DNA of 64,000 bases from an uncultured Candidatus Saccharibacteria bacterium (GCA_964503795.1 CAZDBT010000001.1:4518-68517), one strand, 5' to 3'; positions 9,169 through 19,927 are shown, counted from the first letter of the stretch. Program-made: numbers and translations. The notes: generated by a model from the sequence alone, not told the origin.

Positions 9169-10149
9169 TTAGACGGAGTGATTTTCCAGATACTTAACGT
9201 ACCAGGGGATGGTCTTTTTTATTCCCTGACTGAAAGTGTGCCGAGGCTCCCAATTCAAAAGCTTTTTGGCCAGCGCGTAGGAAGCATATTGATATTTGAT
9301 CTCGCATCCTTTGGTGCGGATTATTTTCGGCGCGATGTCCTGACCCTTTTCTTTGGAAATTGCCACGATCACGTCCTCGGTAGACATCGGCTTATTAGTG
9401 GAAAAGTTGAAGGCCTGGCCATAGATCTTTTCGTTCATCTTCTCGGCCATCTGCATATAGGCCGCGGCCGCGTCTTCCACGTAAAGGTAATCCCGCAGAG
9501 TTTCTTTGCTATCCCGGATCACCGGCGCCTGATTCTCATGCAAATGCTTGATGGTATTCGGAACGATACGGGTCAATTTCAGATCTCCTGGCCCATAAAG
9601 ATTGGTGCAGCGGGTGATACAAACCGGCAAATTAAAGGTTTTCCAATAGCTTTGGGCGATCAGGTCCGCGCAAGTCTTAGAAACTTCATATGGGTAAACC
9701 CCCTTTAAGTGATGGGTGTCCTCTTTATAGGGAAGGTCGGTATGGTGGCCATAAGCCTTATCCGAAGAAGCAATAATAATTCTTTTCACCGTGCCGAGGT
9801 TCCGACTGGCCTCCAAAATATTCCAGGTGCCGGCGACATTGGTCTCAAAAGTCTCTATCGGATCGTCTACCGCCTGATCCACGATAGCTTGGGCGGCCAA
9901 ATGGAAAACTGTGTCTATCTTTTTTTCTTTTAGAATTTTCTTGATCAACTCCCGGTCGCGGACATCACCTCGGATTATATTGGTCTTCTCCGCCAGCCGC
10001 TCTTCATCAAAAACCGAACCCGGATTGTCCTCATAAACCAAAACGAACGGCTTATTGCCGCTCTTGATCAGGGCTTTGACCAAATGAGCTCCCAGAAAAC
10101 CGTTACCCCCGGTCACAAAAACCCTATTATTTGACCAAAATTTACTCAT
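9169..10149 (-). CDS. NAD-dependent NDP-hexose 4,6-dehydratase-like (CDP-glucose 4,6-dehydratase RfbG-like)
   Basis: 326 aa. MSKFWSNNRVFVTGGNGFLGAHL resembles the FW-GKRVFVTG-TGFKG start of RfbG. The exact substrate is unknown. Confidence 0.55.
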   Translation of the reverse strand: MSKFWSNNRVFVTGGNGFLGAHLVKALIKSGNKPFVLVYEDNPGSVFDEERLAEKTNIIRGDVRDRELIKKILKEKKIDTVFHLAAQAIVDQAVDDPIETFETNVAGTWNILEASRNLGTVKRIIIASSDKAYGHHTDLPYKEDTHHLKGVYPYEVSKTCADLIAQSYWKTFNLPVCITRCTNLYGPGDLKLTRIVPNTIKHLHENQAPVIRDSKETLRDYLYVEDAAAAYMQMAEKMNEKIYGQAFNFSTNKPMSTEDVIVAISKEKGQDIAPKIIRTKGCEIKYQYASYALAKKLLNWEPRHTFSQGIKKTIPWYVKYLENHSV

Positions 10150-10837
10150 GCCAAGTTTGAATCCTGCCGTACCAAATTATCATATTTTTCAAAAATTGCC
10201 AAATATGGACCAGGCGCACTGTTGATTTTCCCTTTAACCTGGGTAGGTATTCTATCGGCATTTCTCCGATCGTATAGCCTAATTTTGCCGCCTTGATCAC
10301 TAATTCGGCATCAATGAACCAGTCGGTTGATTCCAAGCGGGCGCGTTTATAAAATTCGCGGCTGAAAATCTTCGGCGCGGCGTTGATGTCGACCGCCTTA
10401 AAACCAAATAAGATCCGGAACAAAAAATTAAATATCCGGCTGATAACTATTCTTTTTAAACCGTCATTGATGCGGCTTTTGCGGATAGCCTTATAGAAAT
10501 GCAGGCTCTCTTTTCGGCAGACCTGATACATCTTCAGCAGATCTTGGGGATCCTCTTGATTGTCCGAACGGATAATTCCCAAAAAATCTCCGCGGGCCGC
10601 CGCCAGGCCGGCCAAAACAGCGTGGCCGTAACCGAGTTTAGGTTCAGAGATCAGCACTAAATTGGGGATGGTCTTTTGAAATTCCGCCAGAACTTCCCGG
10701 CTATTGTCAGTTGAGGCGTTGTCGACGATCACCAGTTCGCAATTGAGCCCGCTAAGGGCGTTTTTTAATTTCGGCAGAAGAATTTTTAGATTCTCGGATT
10801 CGTTGTGGGCCGGTATAACAACTGAGAGATCGGTCAT
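10142..10837 (-). CDS. GT2 glycosyltransferase, polyprenol-phosphate sugar synthase-like (DPM1/GtrB/CsbB-like)
   Basis: 231 aa. LSVVIPAHNESENL...ELVIVDNASTDNS is a GT2 DXD-type N-terminus. A YfhO-like gene lies immediately downstream. Confidence 0.65.
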   Translation of the reverse strand: MTDLSVVIPAHNESENLKILLPKLKNALSGLNCELVIVDNASTDNSREVLAEFQKTIPNLVLISEPKLGYGHAVLAGLAAARGDFLGIIRSDNQEDPQDLLKMYQVCRKESLHFYKAIRKSRINDGLKRIVISRIFNFLFRILFGFKAVDINAAPKIFSREFYKRARLESTDWFIDAELVIKAAKLGYTIGEMPIEYLPRLKGKSTVRLVHIWQFLKNMIIWYGRIQTWHE

Positions 10838-10846
10838 CGCTGTAGG

Positions 10847-13003
10847 CTACAAAATTTGCTTGAACATGTCAAAATAACGAAATTCAAATTTTATCTCATG
10901 CTTACCCTCGGGAACAAAGATGCCCCCGAACACGGAATTAACCCGATACATTGGAGTTTCTTTTCCATCGATAAGGGCTTTCCAGCCGGGAAGGAAGTTC
11001 TGAGAGAACACCAGAAACTGCTGACCGGAAGAGTTGGTGGACACCGCTACGCCACTATTCTTCTGGGAATTTATTTTCACAGCCCCATCGCTCCTTACGA
11101 TCTTCTGGGCGCACTCCGCGCAGGTCACGAACACTCCATGAAAGTCGGCGGCCTTAAAGGATTGATAACCTTCTTCATCGTCTTTAACGAACTTGGTGAT
11201 CGGAGAAAAATAGGCCATCCGCTTCGCGTTCGGATTTTCATAAATGCCGAAAGAGAGTTGATGATTCCCCGCTGTCAATTCCGGTATACTCATCACTCCA
11301 ACCACCGGGAAATTAAAACCGGCGGCGCTAAGATTGAAAGCCGACAACAAATATCGTACCCCAAGAAAATTAAGCAAACCCTCCCGGTCCTTTAGCATAA
11401 GGATCTTCTCCATTTCGGGAACATTAAATTTATGCAGTTTCTTTTCTCCGTACTCTCCCAGCTGACGGCTGCCCAACAGAGCCATAAATCTCCCCATATT
11501 TCGCGGTAGCAACGGGTCAAGGAACTCTATGCTTTGGAGTCCATACCAAAGATTGATGTTCGGCTTAAGGGTATCGATCTCGCTGGCAGAAACAGATCGG
11601 ATGTCGTCCGGCGGAGCCTGATTTAACAAGGAGTAATAGAATACGGACATAGTATTTTCCGGCAGAACGAACAGGATGCGGCCGTCTTTCGCGGTAGCCT
11701 GCAATGTTTTTGTCGCGGAGTTGTCGGTAAAGATGGACGGGGCTACGGTTACCGGTCCGAATTTCCCGATCACGGCCAGTTTATAGTCCAAAACGGTTAA
11801 CCCGATCAAAAGTCCCAGCGCCCAAGATCGCGCCTTGGGATCTTTGAGCTGCTGGAACCTGGCTTCCAGCTTAGGCCATATTTGCGCCAAGCCCAGTCCG
11901 GCCAAAACCGATCCCGCGAAGGAACCCAGGATCATAAACCGGCTTGGGTAGCGGAAATAACGCAGAACCGGCAGATGCTGAAGAAGCCAGAAAAGCGGCG
12001 AACCGTTGAACGCGATAAAGAGAACTACGATGAATACGCAGCCGAAAAATTTAATGTAGGAATTCCGGAAAAAGAACGATCCGATGAAGAAAAGTAGCGG
12101 CAATAATCCCATATATAGAAATGCCTCCGATGAGCGCGGCCAAAACGGATCAATAAATAAAAGAAGGTCGGAAAAAGTTACCGGCTCAGCCGATGCCGCC
12201 TCGGTAAATGAAATCCCGCCCGCCCGGATCGAGTATTGGGTAACCGCAAAAGCGGGAATGAGCTGGAGAGACCCCAAGACGGTGCCGATGCCGCAGATCA
12301 GAATAAAATACCCGGCGATCTTCCATAACTTCTGCTTCATCTTCCAGGCCATAAATAGAGCGAATGCGAAACCGCCGATGATCGTATAGGTCACGAATTG
12401 ATAATTGCTGCTGCCTCCCAACCATCCCAAAAACACCCCCAAACTAAGCAGCCCTCCATACAACCAACGCCTTCTGGAAGAATCGGCTTTAATGAATTTT
12501 ATTATCCCCCAAAAGAAAAACGCCTGAAAAAGAACCGCGATCGCCGTAACCGAGTTGTTCTCATAAACTATCTGACTGATCAGATAACTGACGCCGCCAA
12601 CCCAGGCCGCAACTATTCCGGCATCCAACTCTTGTATGAATAAGACGGCAAAAAACAGAGCGAGAGACAAAACAAGGAAAAGACTTATGTGGTGCGCGGC
12701 CACCGGGGACAGGAAAAGAAGAAGGGCGTGGAGAGGAAAAAATGGATATGGTTGAGATACGAAAGCGGGAAAACCGCCGGCGTTATAGGGACTCCAAAAT
12801 GGACTATCGCCGCTCTGAAAGGCCGATTTTAAGAAAGTGAGATAAGGAATAAAAAGATCGCTCTGGTCTCCTCTGATGATCTTGCCTCCTAAAAAATAAG
12901 GGGAAAAGATCAGTAAAATTACAAAAAAAGACAGGCAGAGAATAAGAGGCGGTTTCTGGAATAAGACTTTCATTGTCAGATATAAAGTAAATATTACCTT
13001 CAA
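10847..13003 (-). CDS. YfhO-like polytopic membrane protein (putative GT-C extracytoplasmic glycosyltransferase)
   Basis: 718 aa. About 12 or more hydrophobic segments, followed by a large soluble C-terminal domain. Size and layout fit the YfhO family, and it pairs with the adjacent GT2 as in CsbB-YfhO systems. Confidence 0.5.
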   Translation of the reverse strand: MKVIFTLYLTMKVLFQKPPLILCLSFFVILLIFSPYFLGGKIIRGDQSDLFIPYLTFLKSAFQSGDSPFWSPYNAGGFPAFVSQPYPFFPLHALLLFLSPVAAHHISLFLVLSLALFFAVLFIQELDAGIVAAWVGGVSYLISQIVYENNSVTAIAVLFQAFFFWGIIKFIKADSSRRRWLYGGLLSLGVFLGWLGGSSNYQFVTYTIIGGFAFALFMAWKMKQKLWKIAGYFILICGIGTVLGSLQLIPAFAVTQYSIRAGGISFTEAASAEPVTFSDLLLFIDPFWPRSSEAFLYMGLLPLLFFIGSFFFRNSYIKFFGCVFIVVLFIAFNGSPLFWLLQHLPVLRYFRYPSRFMILGSFAGSVLAGLGLAQIWPKLEARFQQLKDPKARSWALGLLIGLTVLDYKLAVIGKFGPVTVAPSIFTDNSATKTLQATAKDGRILFVLPENTMSVFYYSLLNQAPPDDIRSVSASEIDTLKPNINLWYGLQSIEFLDPLLPRNMGRFMALLGSRQLGEYGEKKLHKFNVPEMEKILMLKDREGLLNFLGVRYLLSAFNLSAAGFNFPVVGVMSIPELTAGNHQLSFGIYENPNAKRMAYFSPITKFVKDDEEGYQSFKAADFHGVFVTCAECAQKIVRSDGAVKINSQKNSGVAVSTNSSGQQFLVFSQNFLPGWKALIDGKETPMYRVNSVFGGIFVPEGKHEIKFEFRYFDMFKQIL

Positions 13004-13060
13004 TAATACCGCTTTACAACATCATTGAAAGAATGGGGTTTTTATTGTAATCTGGTGCTA

Positions 13061-14035
13061 ATGAATGGTTCCCCAAAAGCCATATTAGTTACCGGTTGCG
13101 CCGGTTTTATCGGCGGCAATTTTGTGGATCATTTCCAACAACAATTTCCCGAAACCGAGATCATCGGGATCGACAACTTCGCCACCGGACGCCGTTCGAC
13201 CGTGAATACTAAAATAACTTTCTACGAAGGTTCGGTTCTCGATCAAGAATTACTCACACAAATATTCGGCCGGCACAAACCGGAATACGTTTTCCATTTC
13301 GCCGCCGTGCCGCGCGTATCTTATTCCGTGGAACACCCGAGAGAAACCACCGAAAACAACGTGATCGGAACAGTAGCCCTGCTGGAATCGGCCAAAACCC
13401 ACGGCGTAAAAAGGTTTATTTACTCTTCCTCGTCGTCCGTATATGGCGGAGCGGCCAAGCTCCCCACAAAAGAATCGGAAAACGCGCCGAACCCGAAGTC
13501 CCCCTATGCTTTTCAAAAATATGCCGGCGAACCTCTCTGCAGGATCTTCAGTGAACTTTACGGACTCGATACGGTCACTCTGCGATACTTCAATGTTTTC
13601 GGACCGGGCCAATACGGAGACTCGCCCTACGCCAGCGTAATTTCCGGCTGGCTTGAAGCGATCTTCCAACCCGATAAAAAACGGAATCCTTTTATTGAAG
13701 GCGACGGCGAGCAATCGCGCGACTTTTGCTACATCAGTAACGTGGTAGAGGCGAATATTCTGGCGATGCGGTATCCGAAGTCGCTCGGCGGAGAAGTGTT
13801 CAATATCGCCTGCGGCGACAGAACCAGCGTGAACCAAGTCCACGACTTAATAGAACAATATTCCGGAAAAAAATTAGATCTGGAAAAGCGCCCCGCCCGC
13901 GCCGGCGATATCAAACATTCTTACGCCGACATTTCCAAAGCCGGGGAATGGCTAGTCTATCAGCCTAAAGTATCGTTCGTAGAGGGACTCAAAAAAACGA
14001 TCGCCTGGCACCAGAGGCGGGCAGATCAACTGTAA
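13061..14035 (+). CDS. NAD-dependent epimerase/dehydratase (UDP-sugar 4-epimerase-like)
   Basis: Start at MNGSPKAILVTGCAGFIGGNF (ATG 13061). Rossmann and extended-SDR motifs are present. It is the only plus-strand gene in this stretch. Confidence 0.65.
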   Translation: MNGSPKAILVTGCAGFIGGNFVDHFQQQFPETEIIGIDNFATGRRSTVNTKITFYEGSVLDQELLTQIFGRHKPEYVFHFAAVPRVSYSVEHPRETTENNVIGTVALLESAKTHGVKRFIYSSSSSVYGGAAKLPTKESENAPNPKSPYAFQKYAGEPLCRIFSELYGLDTVTLRYFNVFGPGQYGDSPYASVISGWLEAIFQPDKKRNPFIEGDGEQSRDFCYISNVVEANILAMRYPKSLGGEVFNIACGDRTSVNQVHDLIEQYSGKKLDLEKRPARAGDIKHSYADISKAGEWLVYQPKVSFVEGLKKTIAWHQRRADQL

Positions 14036-14985
14036 AACTTCAGATTGTCCCGGAACCACTCAACCGATCTTTCAAATCCCTTGGCCGGAGAATAGAGCGG
14101 TTTCCATTTCAGCATTTTTTTTACTTTTCCCAGGTCGGCCTGCCAACGATTGTCGGTATCAAAAGAACGGGACTGTGTCGCGCCCCAAACGATCGGTATT
14201 TCATTCTTAAAAACTTTGGCGGCGATCTTCACCATCTCTCCGATAGAATAGTCCTTTCCATAACCGATATTGAAGATCTCTCCGCCCAGATCGGGGCGCT
14301 GACCGGCCATCTCTAAAGCTCTAACCACGTCATCAATGTGGACAAAATCACGCCGAGGCGTCGGCGAGGAAAGTTTCAGCGGCGTTTTTTTTATGAAACT
14401 GGTCAGGATCGAAGGAAATAAACGCCCCGGTTCTTCGTAGGGTCCGTAGGCCGAAAAAAGACGCAAAGTAATGATCGGCACCCGTCCGAATTTGGAAAAA
14501 TACTGTCCCAATAAAGATTGGGACAGCTTGGCGACCGCATACAAGCTATTGGGCTCCGGCCGGTCACTTTCCTTCATCGGTTTGGTTTTTACTCCGTATT
14601 CGGAAGAACTGCCGGCGCTGACGATCACCTTAATGCTCTCCACCGATTGAGCCGCCCGGAAAAGATTGACGCTGCCGTTAACATTGGTTTTCACGATCAG
14701 ATCTTCATTTTTGTGAGAAGGATAGGTTCCATAGGCCAGGAGATGGTAGACAACCTGCGGCCGAATTTTTTTCAGCGTCGCTTCAACGTTCGCGTAATCA
14801 AAGATATCAACGTTGTGGATCTTGATCTGCCTTCGTAAAGAACCGAATCGCCACAGCTTAGATTCCGGCCTGGAGAAAATATGCACCTCCTGGTTCTTCC
14901 CAACCAGATGTCTGACCAAATTGGCCCCAACGAATCCGGTGGCGCCGGTCACTAAAATTCTTGATCGGTTTCTAATTTTTAACAT
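14026..14985 (-). CDS. NAD-dependent epimerase/dehydratase
   Basis: 319 aa. RILVTGATGFVGANLVRHL Rossmann motif. Confidence 0.65.
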   Translation of the reverse strand: MLKIRNRSRILVTGATGFVGANLVRHLVGKNQEVHIFSRPESKLWRFGSLRRQIKIHNVDIFDYANVEATLKKIRPQVVYHLLAYGTYPSHKNEDLIVKTNVNGSVNLFRAAQSVESIKVIVSAGSSSEYGVKTKPMKESDRPEPNSLYAVAKLSQSLLGQYFSKFGRVPIITLRLFSAYGPYEEPGRLFPSILTSFIKKTPLKLSSPTPRRDFVHIDDVVRALEMAGQRPDLGGEIFNIGYGKDYSIGEMVKIAAKVFKNEIPIVWGATQSRSFDTDNRWQADLGKVKKMLKWKPLYSPAKGFERSVEWFRDNLKFYS

Positions 14986-16000
14986 AAATTTCTCTATATA
15001 ATTTCGCCGCCCTTTCCCAGGTCATCGCGCCGGCAAATTCCAGCGAAGCCCGGGACATCTGCGAACGCAAAGATGAACTGGACAACAGATCGGTCATTTT
15101 AAGGACTGCCTCCTCTGGATCGGATCCGTCCACCAGAAAACCATTCTTGCCATCCAGAACCGCGTCCTCGGCGCTGGTATTCTTAGCGCCGATCACCGGC
15201 AATCCGGCGGCGGCGGCCTCAAGATAGACCAGGCCAAAGCCTTCTATGTCTTTATTGTCATCTTGGGGCAATAAAATAAATAGTTCGGCATTTTTATACA
15301 AAGCGATCAGTTCTTCCTCGGAAAGTCCGCTCAAAAAAGTTATTTGGCCATGCTTTTTCTTAATTTCATCCGGAGGATTGCTTAGGATCAAATAACGAAG
15401 GTCCGGGAGTTTTGTTCTCAAAATATCAAAGGCGGCGATGGAATGCTCGAAACCCTTGCGCCGCTTCCAAGCTCCCACGCTCAAGATGTAGGGCTTAGCG
15501 ATTAGCGGCCGGTGATTAGCGGCCGGCGCCTGAAACTTCTTGAGATCAACTCCATGATTTATCACCTCAATTTTTAGATCGGGCAAGACTTTCAAGATCT
15601 CTTCTTTTGTGTGCCTGCTGACCGCTACTAATTTGTCGGCGCGCCGATAAGCCCAAGAAAGCAAATATTTTTTCCAGGGATGATAAAGGGCCTGCACTCC
15701 ACCGGTGCCCACTGCGGTAATGATCAGCTTTCTGCGCAGTCCCAAGGATGCGAAGGCGGCAATGAATCCGTAAGGCCAGCCATCAAGAGCATGAACCAGG
15801 TCGCTCTTAGCGAAAATGGCGCGGATCTTGCCAAGTTTCATCAATACTCGGAAAAAGCCCGGCCGCAAAACATCCTCCGAGGTCATTACCTCCGCTTCCA
15901 TATCCGCAGATGTTTTCCTCATCGCCAAGATCAGAGAATTATAGAAACGCCCGGCTCCGGTGTTTTCCCGCGTATCATGATTGAGATAACAAATCTTCAT
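14972..16000 (-). CDS. GT4 glycosyltransferase
   Basis: 342 aa. The C-terminal EGFGLVYLEAAAAGLPVI motif (E-x7-E region) is typical of GT4/GT-B. Confidence 0.65.
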   Translation of the reverse strand: MKICYLNHDTRENTGAGRFYNSLILAMRKTSADMEAEVMTSEDVLRPGFFRVLMKLGKIRAIFAKSDLVHALDGWPYGFIAAFASLGLRRKLIITAVGTGGVQALYHPWKKYLLSWAYRRADKLVAVSRHTKEEILKVLPDLKIEVINHGVDLKKFQAPAANHRPLIAKPYILSVGAWKRRKGFEHSIAAFDILRTKLPDLRYLILSNPPDEIKKKHGQITFLSGLSEEELIALYKNAELFILLPQDDNKDIEGFGLVYLEAAAAGLPVIGAKNTSAEDAVLDGKNGFLVDGSDPEEAVLKMTDLLSSSSLRSQMSRASLEFAGAMTWERAAKLYREIYVKN

Positions 16001-17286
16001 TAAAGCCTTTTTTCTCCATCCCTCGTTACAACGTGCGGATAAGGCATTGGGAACATCAGAGCGCCGCCCTTCTCCAAATAATCCTTTTCCCGCTTTAAAA
16101 GCTCATCTTTAAAGAACCAGATCAAGACCAGCATGGCGCTCGGCCGCAACTCTCTGGCTTTTTCTTCAGAAATTAATTCCAGGTCGGTTCCCAAAGTTCT
16201 CAATCCGACTTTTTCCGGATTGCGTTCGCTTAAATATGGGACCATTTGCTTATCAATGCCAAAAAACTGCAATAAAACATTTCCTTTGGTAGAGGCGCCC
16301 AGGCCGATCACCAAACCGCCTTTATTTTTTACCGCGGCAATATAATCCAGGGTGGTCTTTTTCAATTCGGCCACCTTCTTACCAAACTCCCGATAAGGTT
16401 CGGCGGAAAATAAATTTAAAGCGTCTTCTTTTTTATAGAATTCTTTTAAAATGTCAGAGGTAGCCCGGGGGTCGCCATCGTTGGTAACAAATATCCTAAG
16501 ACTCCCGCCATTAACTTCGTTCAAAGAAGCGTCAAAGATCTTCAGGCCGTGACGAGCCATTAAATTCTCCAGCACCCGCAGAGTGTAATATTCCAAATGC
16601 TCATGACAGACATCATAAAAATTCAAAGTTTCCAACGAGGTAGGGAGATAGCTTAATTGGACGCACCAGACACCACCGGGAGCCAAAACCGCCTTCGCGT
16701 CCGCGACAAAGGCGTTAGGATCGTCCAGATCATAGAACATAGCGATAGAAGTAATGGCTTTAAACTGCTTACCACCGCTCAATTCCAAAGCCTTCTTTTT
16801 TGAAAAATAATCAGCGGCAACTTTTATAGACTTATCCAGAGCGCTTCGATCGATATTTTCCGCCGGATCAATGCCGATCCTGTCGGTGAAATCCGGGTAG
16901 TAGGTAAGCATGGTGCCGTCGTTGCAACCAATATCCAAAACAGCGTCCCCCGGCTTCAATTCAACTTTTCCGGTCACCTCGTTAACGATATTTTGCAGCG
17001 CTTCCCGCATCATCGGGTTGGTTCCCGAACGATAGAAGTAACTACGGTACATCAGGTCCCGCTCGGCGGTCTCCCGAAGCTGCACTAATCCGCAAGCCTG
17101 ATCGTTTTTACTACGATCGCACAAGACGACTGTCAGCGGTATTTTGGTTTTTGCCAGTTCATTGTCATCGTTGGTCTTCACAAACGAAGAGGCTAAATAC
17201 TGCGAACCAAAATTCAGAACCTCGGTAAGATCGGGGTTGCCGCAGATCCGGCACTGATCGATCTCTTTATAATGCTTTTCGGACAT
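16000..17286 (-). CDS. SAM-dependent methyltransferase with N-terminal Zn-ribbon and C-terminal C-methyltransferase-like domain (NDP-sugar C-methyltransferase-like)
   Basis: 428 aa. The N-terminal CRICGNPDL...C pattern is a Zn ribbon. LDIGCNDGTML is a SAM motif I. The layout resembles TylC3-type sugar C-methyltransferases. Confidence 0.5.
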   Translation of the reverse strand: MSEKHYKEIDQCRICGNPDLTEVLNFGSQYLASSFVKTNDDNELAKTKIPLTVVLCDRSKNDQACGLVQLRETAERDLMYRSYFYRSGTNPMMREALQNIVNEVTGKVELKPGDAVLDIGCNDGTMLTYYPDFTDRIGIDPAENIDRSALDKSIKVAADYFSKKKALELSGGKQFKAITSIAMFYDLDDPNAFVADAKAVLAPGGVWCVQLSYLPTSLETLNFYDVCHEHLEYYTLRVLENLMARHGLKIFDASLNEVNGGSLRIFVTNDGDPRATSDILKEFYKKEDALNLFSAEPYREFGKKVAELKKTTLDYIAAVKNKGGLVIGLGASTKGNVLLQFFGIDKQMVPYLSERNPEKVGLRTLGTDLELISEEKARELRPSAMLVLIWFFKDELLKREKDYLEKGGALMFPMPYPHVVTRDGEKRL

Positions 17287-17953
17287 TGCTCCGGTTAAAG
17301 AATTCTCGCCCTATTACTTTCAATATCGCCCAGCCGGTCTTGAAAGGACGCATCTTTCTTTCTCCGCCGATCCTGGCCGGCTCATCCGCCCCGATATCGG
17401 CGCAACGCAGTCCGGCCTTCGCGAACTGTATCGGTAATTGCACCGACCAATCCAAGCCGGTGGCGGTAGGATTGATCTTATTAAACGCATCGCGTCGGTA
17501 GGCCCGAAAACCAACCAAAACATCGGTATATTCAGCCCAGAAAAGCAGGTCTACCAACAGAGTAAAGATGCGGTTGCCGATCTTGGTCAGAAAATCATCA
17601 TCAATACTTACCGCGCCATCCTTATATCGGGAGGCGATCACGAAATCATACCCTTCCTGAATTTTATCGATCAGCCTCGGTATCGCCTCCGGCAAAGAAT
17701 TGCCGTCCGGCGGAAACTCAATAACAATATCGGCATCGCTGGTTTCCAAAACCTCTCTTATGCCGGCTCCGTAACCCCGGCTCTTCTGACGGTGTACCCG
17801 ATAGCCATTTTGTTCGCAGTATTCGACGGTGCCGTCTGTTGAATTACAATCCACCACGACGATCTCGTCGAGCCATTTGCGATTAATTTTCGGAAAAACC
17901 GCCCTTAGCGCCACGACCTCGTTGATCGTCGGCGCGATTAAAATTGTTTTCAT
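17267..17953 (-). CDS. GT2 glycosyltransferase (small, polyprenol-P-sugar synthase-like)
   Basis: 228 aa. VVVDCNSTDGT...ADIVIEFPPDGN is a GT2 core. Confidence 0.6.
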   Translation of the reverse strand: MKTILIAPTINEVVALRAVFPKINRKWLDEIVVVDCNSTDGTVEYCEQNGYRVHRQKSRGYGAGIREVLETSDADIVIEFPPDGNSLPEAIPRLIDKIQEGYDFVIASRYKDGAVSIDDDFLTKIGNRIFTLLVDLLFWAEYTDVLVGFRAYRRDAFNKINPTATGLDWSVQLPIQFAKAGLRCADIGADEPARIGGERKMRPFKTGWAILKVIGREFFNRSNVRKAL

Positions 17954-17958
17954 ATTTT

Positions 17959-18957
17959 CTAAATTACTTTCAAGCCGCGAAGTTTTCTCTCCTGGCGATA
18001 CCAGGTGATGGTCTTGGCCAGGCCATCTCTTAAAGAAAAGGACGGTTGAAATCCGATCTTGGCTTTAGCTTTTGAGGTGTCGCAGGTTCTACGAGGCTGT
18101 CCCTCGGGTTTTCCGGTGTCAAAAACCAGATCCGTTTTCGCGCCCGTTAATTCTATCAACAATTTTGCCAGCTCGCCAATGGAAATTTCTTCGCTACTGC
18201 CGATATTCAGAACGTCGGCATTCGGGTACTTTTCACAAACCTCCAGAAGTCCGCGGGCAAAATCCTCAACATATAAAAAGGATCTGGTCTGCTTACCACT
18301 CCCCCAAACCACCAAAGGATTTTCTCCATCAAATATCCTGCGCAATAATCCGGGAATCACATGGCTCGTAGGGGCAAAGAAGTCATCCCGAGGGCCATAA
18401 GCGTTGTAAGGCCGGGCGATTGCCACCTTCATGCCAAACTCCTCCGCGTAGGCAGAACCGAGATACTCTTCCAGCCGCTTAGACCATCCGTAACCGGCAT
18501 TGGCCGGCTCGGGAACATCTTTAAACCCATCCTCCTCCGGAGTCGGATTGGCGGCATTGCGCGAATAGACACAGGCGGAGCTCACTACTAGGAATCGCTC
18601 CACGCCGGCGGCGCGCGCCGAATCTATTACATTCAAAAATACCGAGAGATTGTCACGGCAAAGACTAGCCTGATGAGCAATGCTGTTGGCAATCCCCCCG
18701 CCCTTGGCCGCCGCCAAGTTCAATACTATCTCCTGGCCTTGCATCGCCCGATCCACCGCCGAACGATCGTTAAGATCGGCCTCAACGAACTGCACCTTGT
18801 CTTTTACCGCGCTAAGGAAATCCAACTTGGTTGTCTTACGCACCGGCACGGTAACTTTGGCTCCTTTTTCAACCAACAATTCCACCACATGACTGCCGAT
18901 GAAACCGGCGCCACCGGTAACCAAAACTTTCTTATCCTTGTAAAGGTTTTTGTCCAT
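17959..18957 (-). CDS. NAD-dependent epimerase/dehydratase, likely GDP-4-keto-6-deoxymannose epimerase/reductase partner of Gmd
   Basis: 332 aa. [20 protein letters not shown] Rossmann motif. It is translationally coupled to gmd, with a 26-nt overlap. Confidence 0.55.
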   Translation of the reverse strand: MDKNLYKDKKVLVTGGAGFIGSHVVELLVEKGAKVTVPVRKTTKLDFLSAVKDKVQFVEADLNDRSAVDRAMQGQEIVLNLAAAKGGGIANSIAHQASLCRDNLSVFLNVIDSARAAGVERFLVVSSACVYSRNAANPTPEEDGFKDVPEPANAGYGWSKRLEEYLGSAYAEEFGMKVAIARPYNAYGPRDDFFAPTSHVIPGLLRRIFDGENPLVVWGSGKQTRSFLYVEDFARGLLEVCEKYPNADVLNIGSSEEISIGELAKLLIELTGAKTDLVFDTGKPEGQPRRTCDTSKAKAKIGFQPSFSLRDGLAKTITWYRQERKLRGLKVI

Positions 18958-19927
18958 GTTCCTTCAAGTCTTCATCCAGCATGATCCGGACCAGATCCTT
19001 AAACTTAACCTTCGGCTCCCAGCCAAGTTTAGTTTTTGCTTTAGTGAAATCACCCTTCAATAAAGGGGTCTCGGACGGACGGTAATAACGCGGATCGATC
19101 TCTACATAATTCTTGTAATCCAAACCGACCAGACGGAAGGCCTCTTCAACGAAGTCTTTGACGGTATGCGCCTCGCCGGTGGCAACGACGAAGTCGTCGG
19201 GTTCTTTGTGTTGCATCATCCGCCACATCGCCTCAACGTATTCCGGAGCATACCCCCAGTCTCGGATAGCATCCAAATTTCCCAAATATAACTTTTTAGC
19301 CAAGCCGGCTTTGATCCTGGCTACCCCTTGAGTGATCTTCTTGGAAACGAAATTCTCGCCACGGCGGGGAGACTCATGATTGAATAAGATACCGTTCACC
19401 GCGAAAAGACCGTAGGCCTCGCGATAATTCTTAGTGATCCAATAAGAATAAACCTTGGCGACCGCGTAGGGGCTGCGGGGATGGAACGGCGTGTCTTCAT
19501 TCTGCGGCGCCTGCTTCGCCAAACCGAACATCTCGGAAGAGGAGGCCTGATAAAATTTGGTGTGAATGCCGCTATCTCTGATCGCCTCCAGGATCCTCAA
19601 GGTACCAAGAGCCGTAACGTCTCCGGTATATTCGGGAATATCAAAACTCACCCGGACATGGCTTTGGGCGCCCAGGTTATAAATTTCATCCGGCTGGATC
19701 TTGCGCAATAAGCGGCTCAAGGCGCTACCATCGGTCAGGTCGCCATAGTGAAGATGCAGCCGGCTTTCCTTGTCTTGTAGCGAGTGCGGAATGTGGTCGA
19801 TCCGCTTGGTGTTAAAGGAGCTGGAACGACGCATTAAACCATGGACTTCATAGCCCTTAGACAGCAAAAGCTCCGCCAAATAGGAACCGTCTTGGCCGGT
19901 AATGCCGGTAATTAAAGCCTTCTTCAT
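18932..19927 (-). CDS. gmd: GDP-mannose 4,6-dehydratase
   Basis: 331 aa. [46 protein letters not shown] is a near-canonical Gmd N-terminus. Confidence 0.9.
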   Translation of the reverse strand: MKKALITGITGQDGSYLAELLLSKGYEVHGLMRRSSSFNTKRIDHIPHSLQDKESRLHLHYGDLTDGSALSRLLRKIQPDEIYNLGAQSHVRVSFDIPEYTGDVTALGTLRILEAIRDSGIHTKFYQASSSEMFGLAKQAPQNEDTPFHPRSPYAVAKVYSYWITKNYREAYGLFAVNGILFNHESPRRGENFVSKKITQGVARIKAGLAKKLYLGNLDAIRDWGYAPEYVEAMWRMMQHKEPDDFVVATGEAHTVKDFVEEAFRLVGLDYKNYVEIDPRYYRPSETPLLKGDFTKAKTKLGWEPKVKFKDLVRIMLDEDLKEHGQKPLQG

